In this document: piece by piece, positions 62,935 to 64,000 of the stretch
Position numbering within the stretch: the stretch's first letter is position 1
How the letters are laid out: each line of letters opens with the position of its first letter
Assembly (NCBI GenBank): GCA_013239625.1
Contig: MU053810.1
Coordinates: 1,499,518 to 1,563,517 of the forward strand
Length of the DNA: 64,000 nucleotides
Source of the DNA: Lama guanicoe
Lineage: Eukaryota
Direction: 5' to 3'
The notes under the pieces: generated by a model
Database searches by the model: none
What the model was told of the DNA's origin: nothing
Seen by the model: the letters and a program-made list of their open reading frames with translations, nothing else
Made by a program: the position numbers and the translations under genes

Positions 62935-64000
62935 TTCAAGCTGATCACTTGAATAAATTCAAATTTTTGCGGGCCCCTGCATGGAGGTAGCACAGTCAGA
63001 GCCACTCCCCCTGAAATTGCGAACTGTGACAGAAAGTTAATATTGGACTGTCCCAGTGAATGCAGATGCCAACTGGTGGCATTGTGTAGCTTTTGGAGCA
63101 GAGGAAGCTGTTTTGTGAACAGTAAGAAAATTATGGGCAGAGAATTTTGCTGGAGCCTGACTGGCCTCCCAGTTCTGGGTTCTAATCATTCCAGAAAACC
63201 AGCTGTATTCATGGCACACTACTGAATTTTTATTAGAAATTTATTTTTTTTAAAAAATTTCTCTAAAGCTAGCTCAAATGGGAGTCTTATTTGAAACTAA
63301 ATGATGCCTAACCCACGCTCATCCTTTTAAACATCTTTACAGAAGAAAGAAGAATGCCTTTTGTGACTATGAAAGTTGCAGAGAGCTTTATATTTCACTC
63401 ATGGAAATGCAGATAGCAACCCAGCCTGAGATTCTCTTTCATCTTCTTTTGTCCCTCCCACCCCCTCCACTCGAAACCTTTGGGTGCCACTATCACTTAC
63501 TGAGTTCCCATTATGTGCCCTGAAGTGTGTTTCACATAGGTCTCCTTATTTCATGTCAACCAAATATATATTTATATCTTTCATGAGATGAGATATATTT
63601 ATTCTCCAATCAAACCTTTTTTTTTTTTTGATTGTGTTTGTTTCCAGCTTTTGAAACTTAGAAAATGAACTCTGGTTTTACAATAGAGTTTCCACAGTGA
63701 AGAGTGGGGCACAAGAAAGCAGAAGGCCCTGGTGGTGTTTATCTTGAACTAAGAGGAAGATTTAATAACTAGCCACAGTTGTTATTTTGTAAAGATGGTA
63801 ATAATTTTGCAACCAGCCTCTAGTTTTTTCCAAAGGCTAGAGAAAGAATAAATGTACTTAAACTGAAATATTGGAAATGCTATTAAAAAGAAATGCTGTT
63901 GAGAAAAAAAGATTGTCCAGATGGTAAAAGCTGTTGAATATCACATGGTGTAGCATCTTACCACACCTTCTGCTGTGCCTCAAAAAATAGGATGTTTGCC

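Overview
This is mammalian (eutherian) genomic DNA, AT-rich and almost entirely non-coding. I found no protein-coding gene, RNA gene or CRISPR array that I can support. The supplied short ORFs are chance frames or decayed repeat sequence. The window is a mosaic of ancient eutherian repeats: MIR, L2, old L1M, hAT-Charlie MITEs (MER5A/B, MER20, MER20B, MER58A), Tigger MITEs (MER47/Tigger5, Tigger2a) and ERVL/MaLR solo LTRs (MER74A, MLT1A, MLT2B). It also holds two younger cetartiodactyl-type L1 3' ends and several microsatellites. The L1 3' UTR type, with no Alu, B1/B2, Bov-tA/BovB, PRE-1 or Can-SINE seen, suggests a camelid or related artiodactyl (inference). All three LTRs and most L1s lie on the minus strand, which would fit a long intron of a plus-strand gene. 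Several repeat-free blocks (about 25.8-26.0, 27.25-27.46, 30.1-30.36, 47.1-47.26 and 51.7-52.0 kb) look like candidate enhancers or conserved non-coding elements. Repeat family names were recognised from memory, not from a database search. I see no evidence of a new multi-gene system. The best leads are regulatory candidates, nested and tail-only insertions, and a few candidate cryptic exons.
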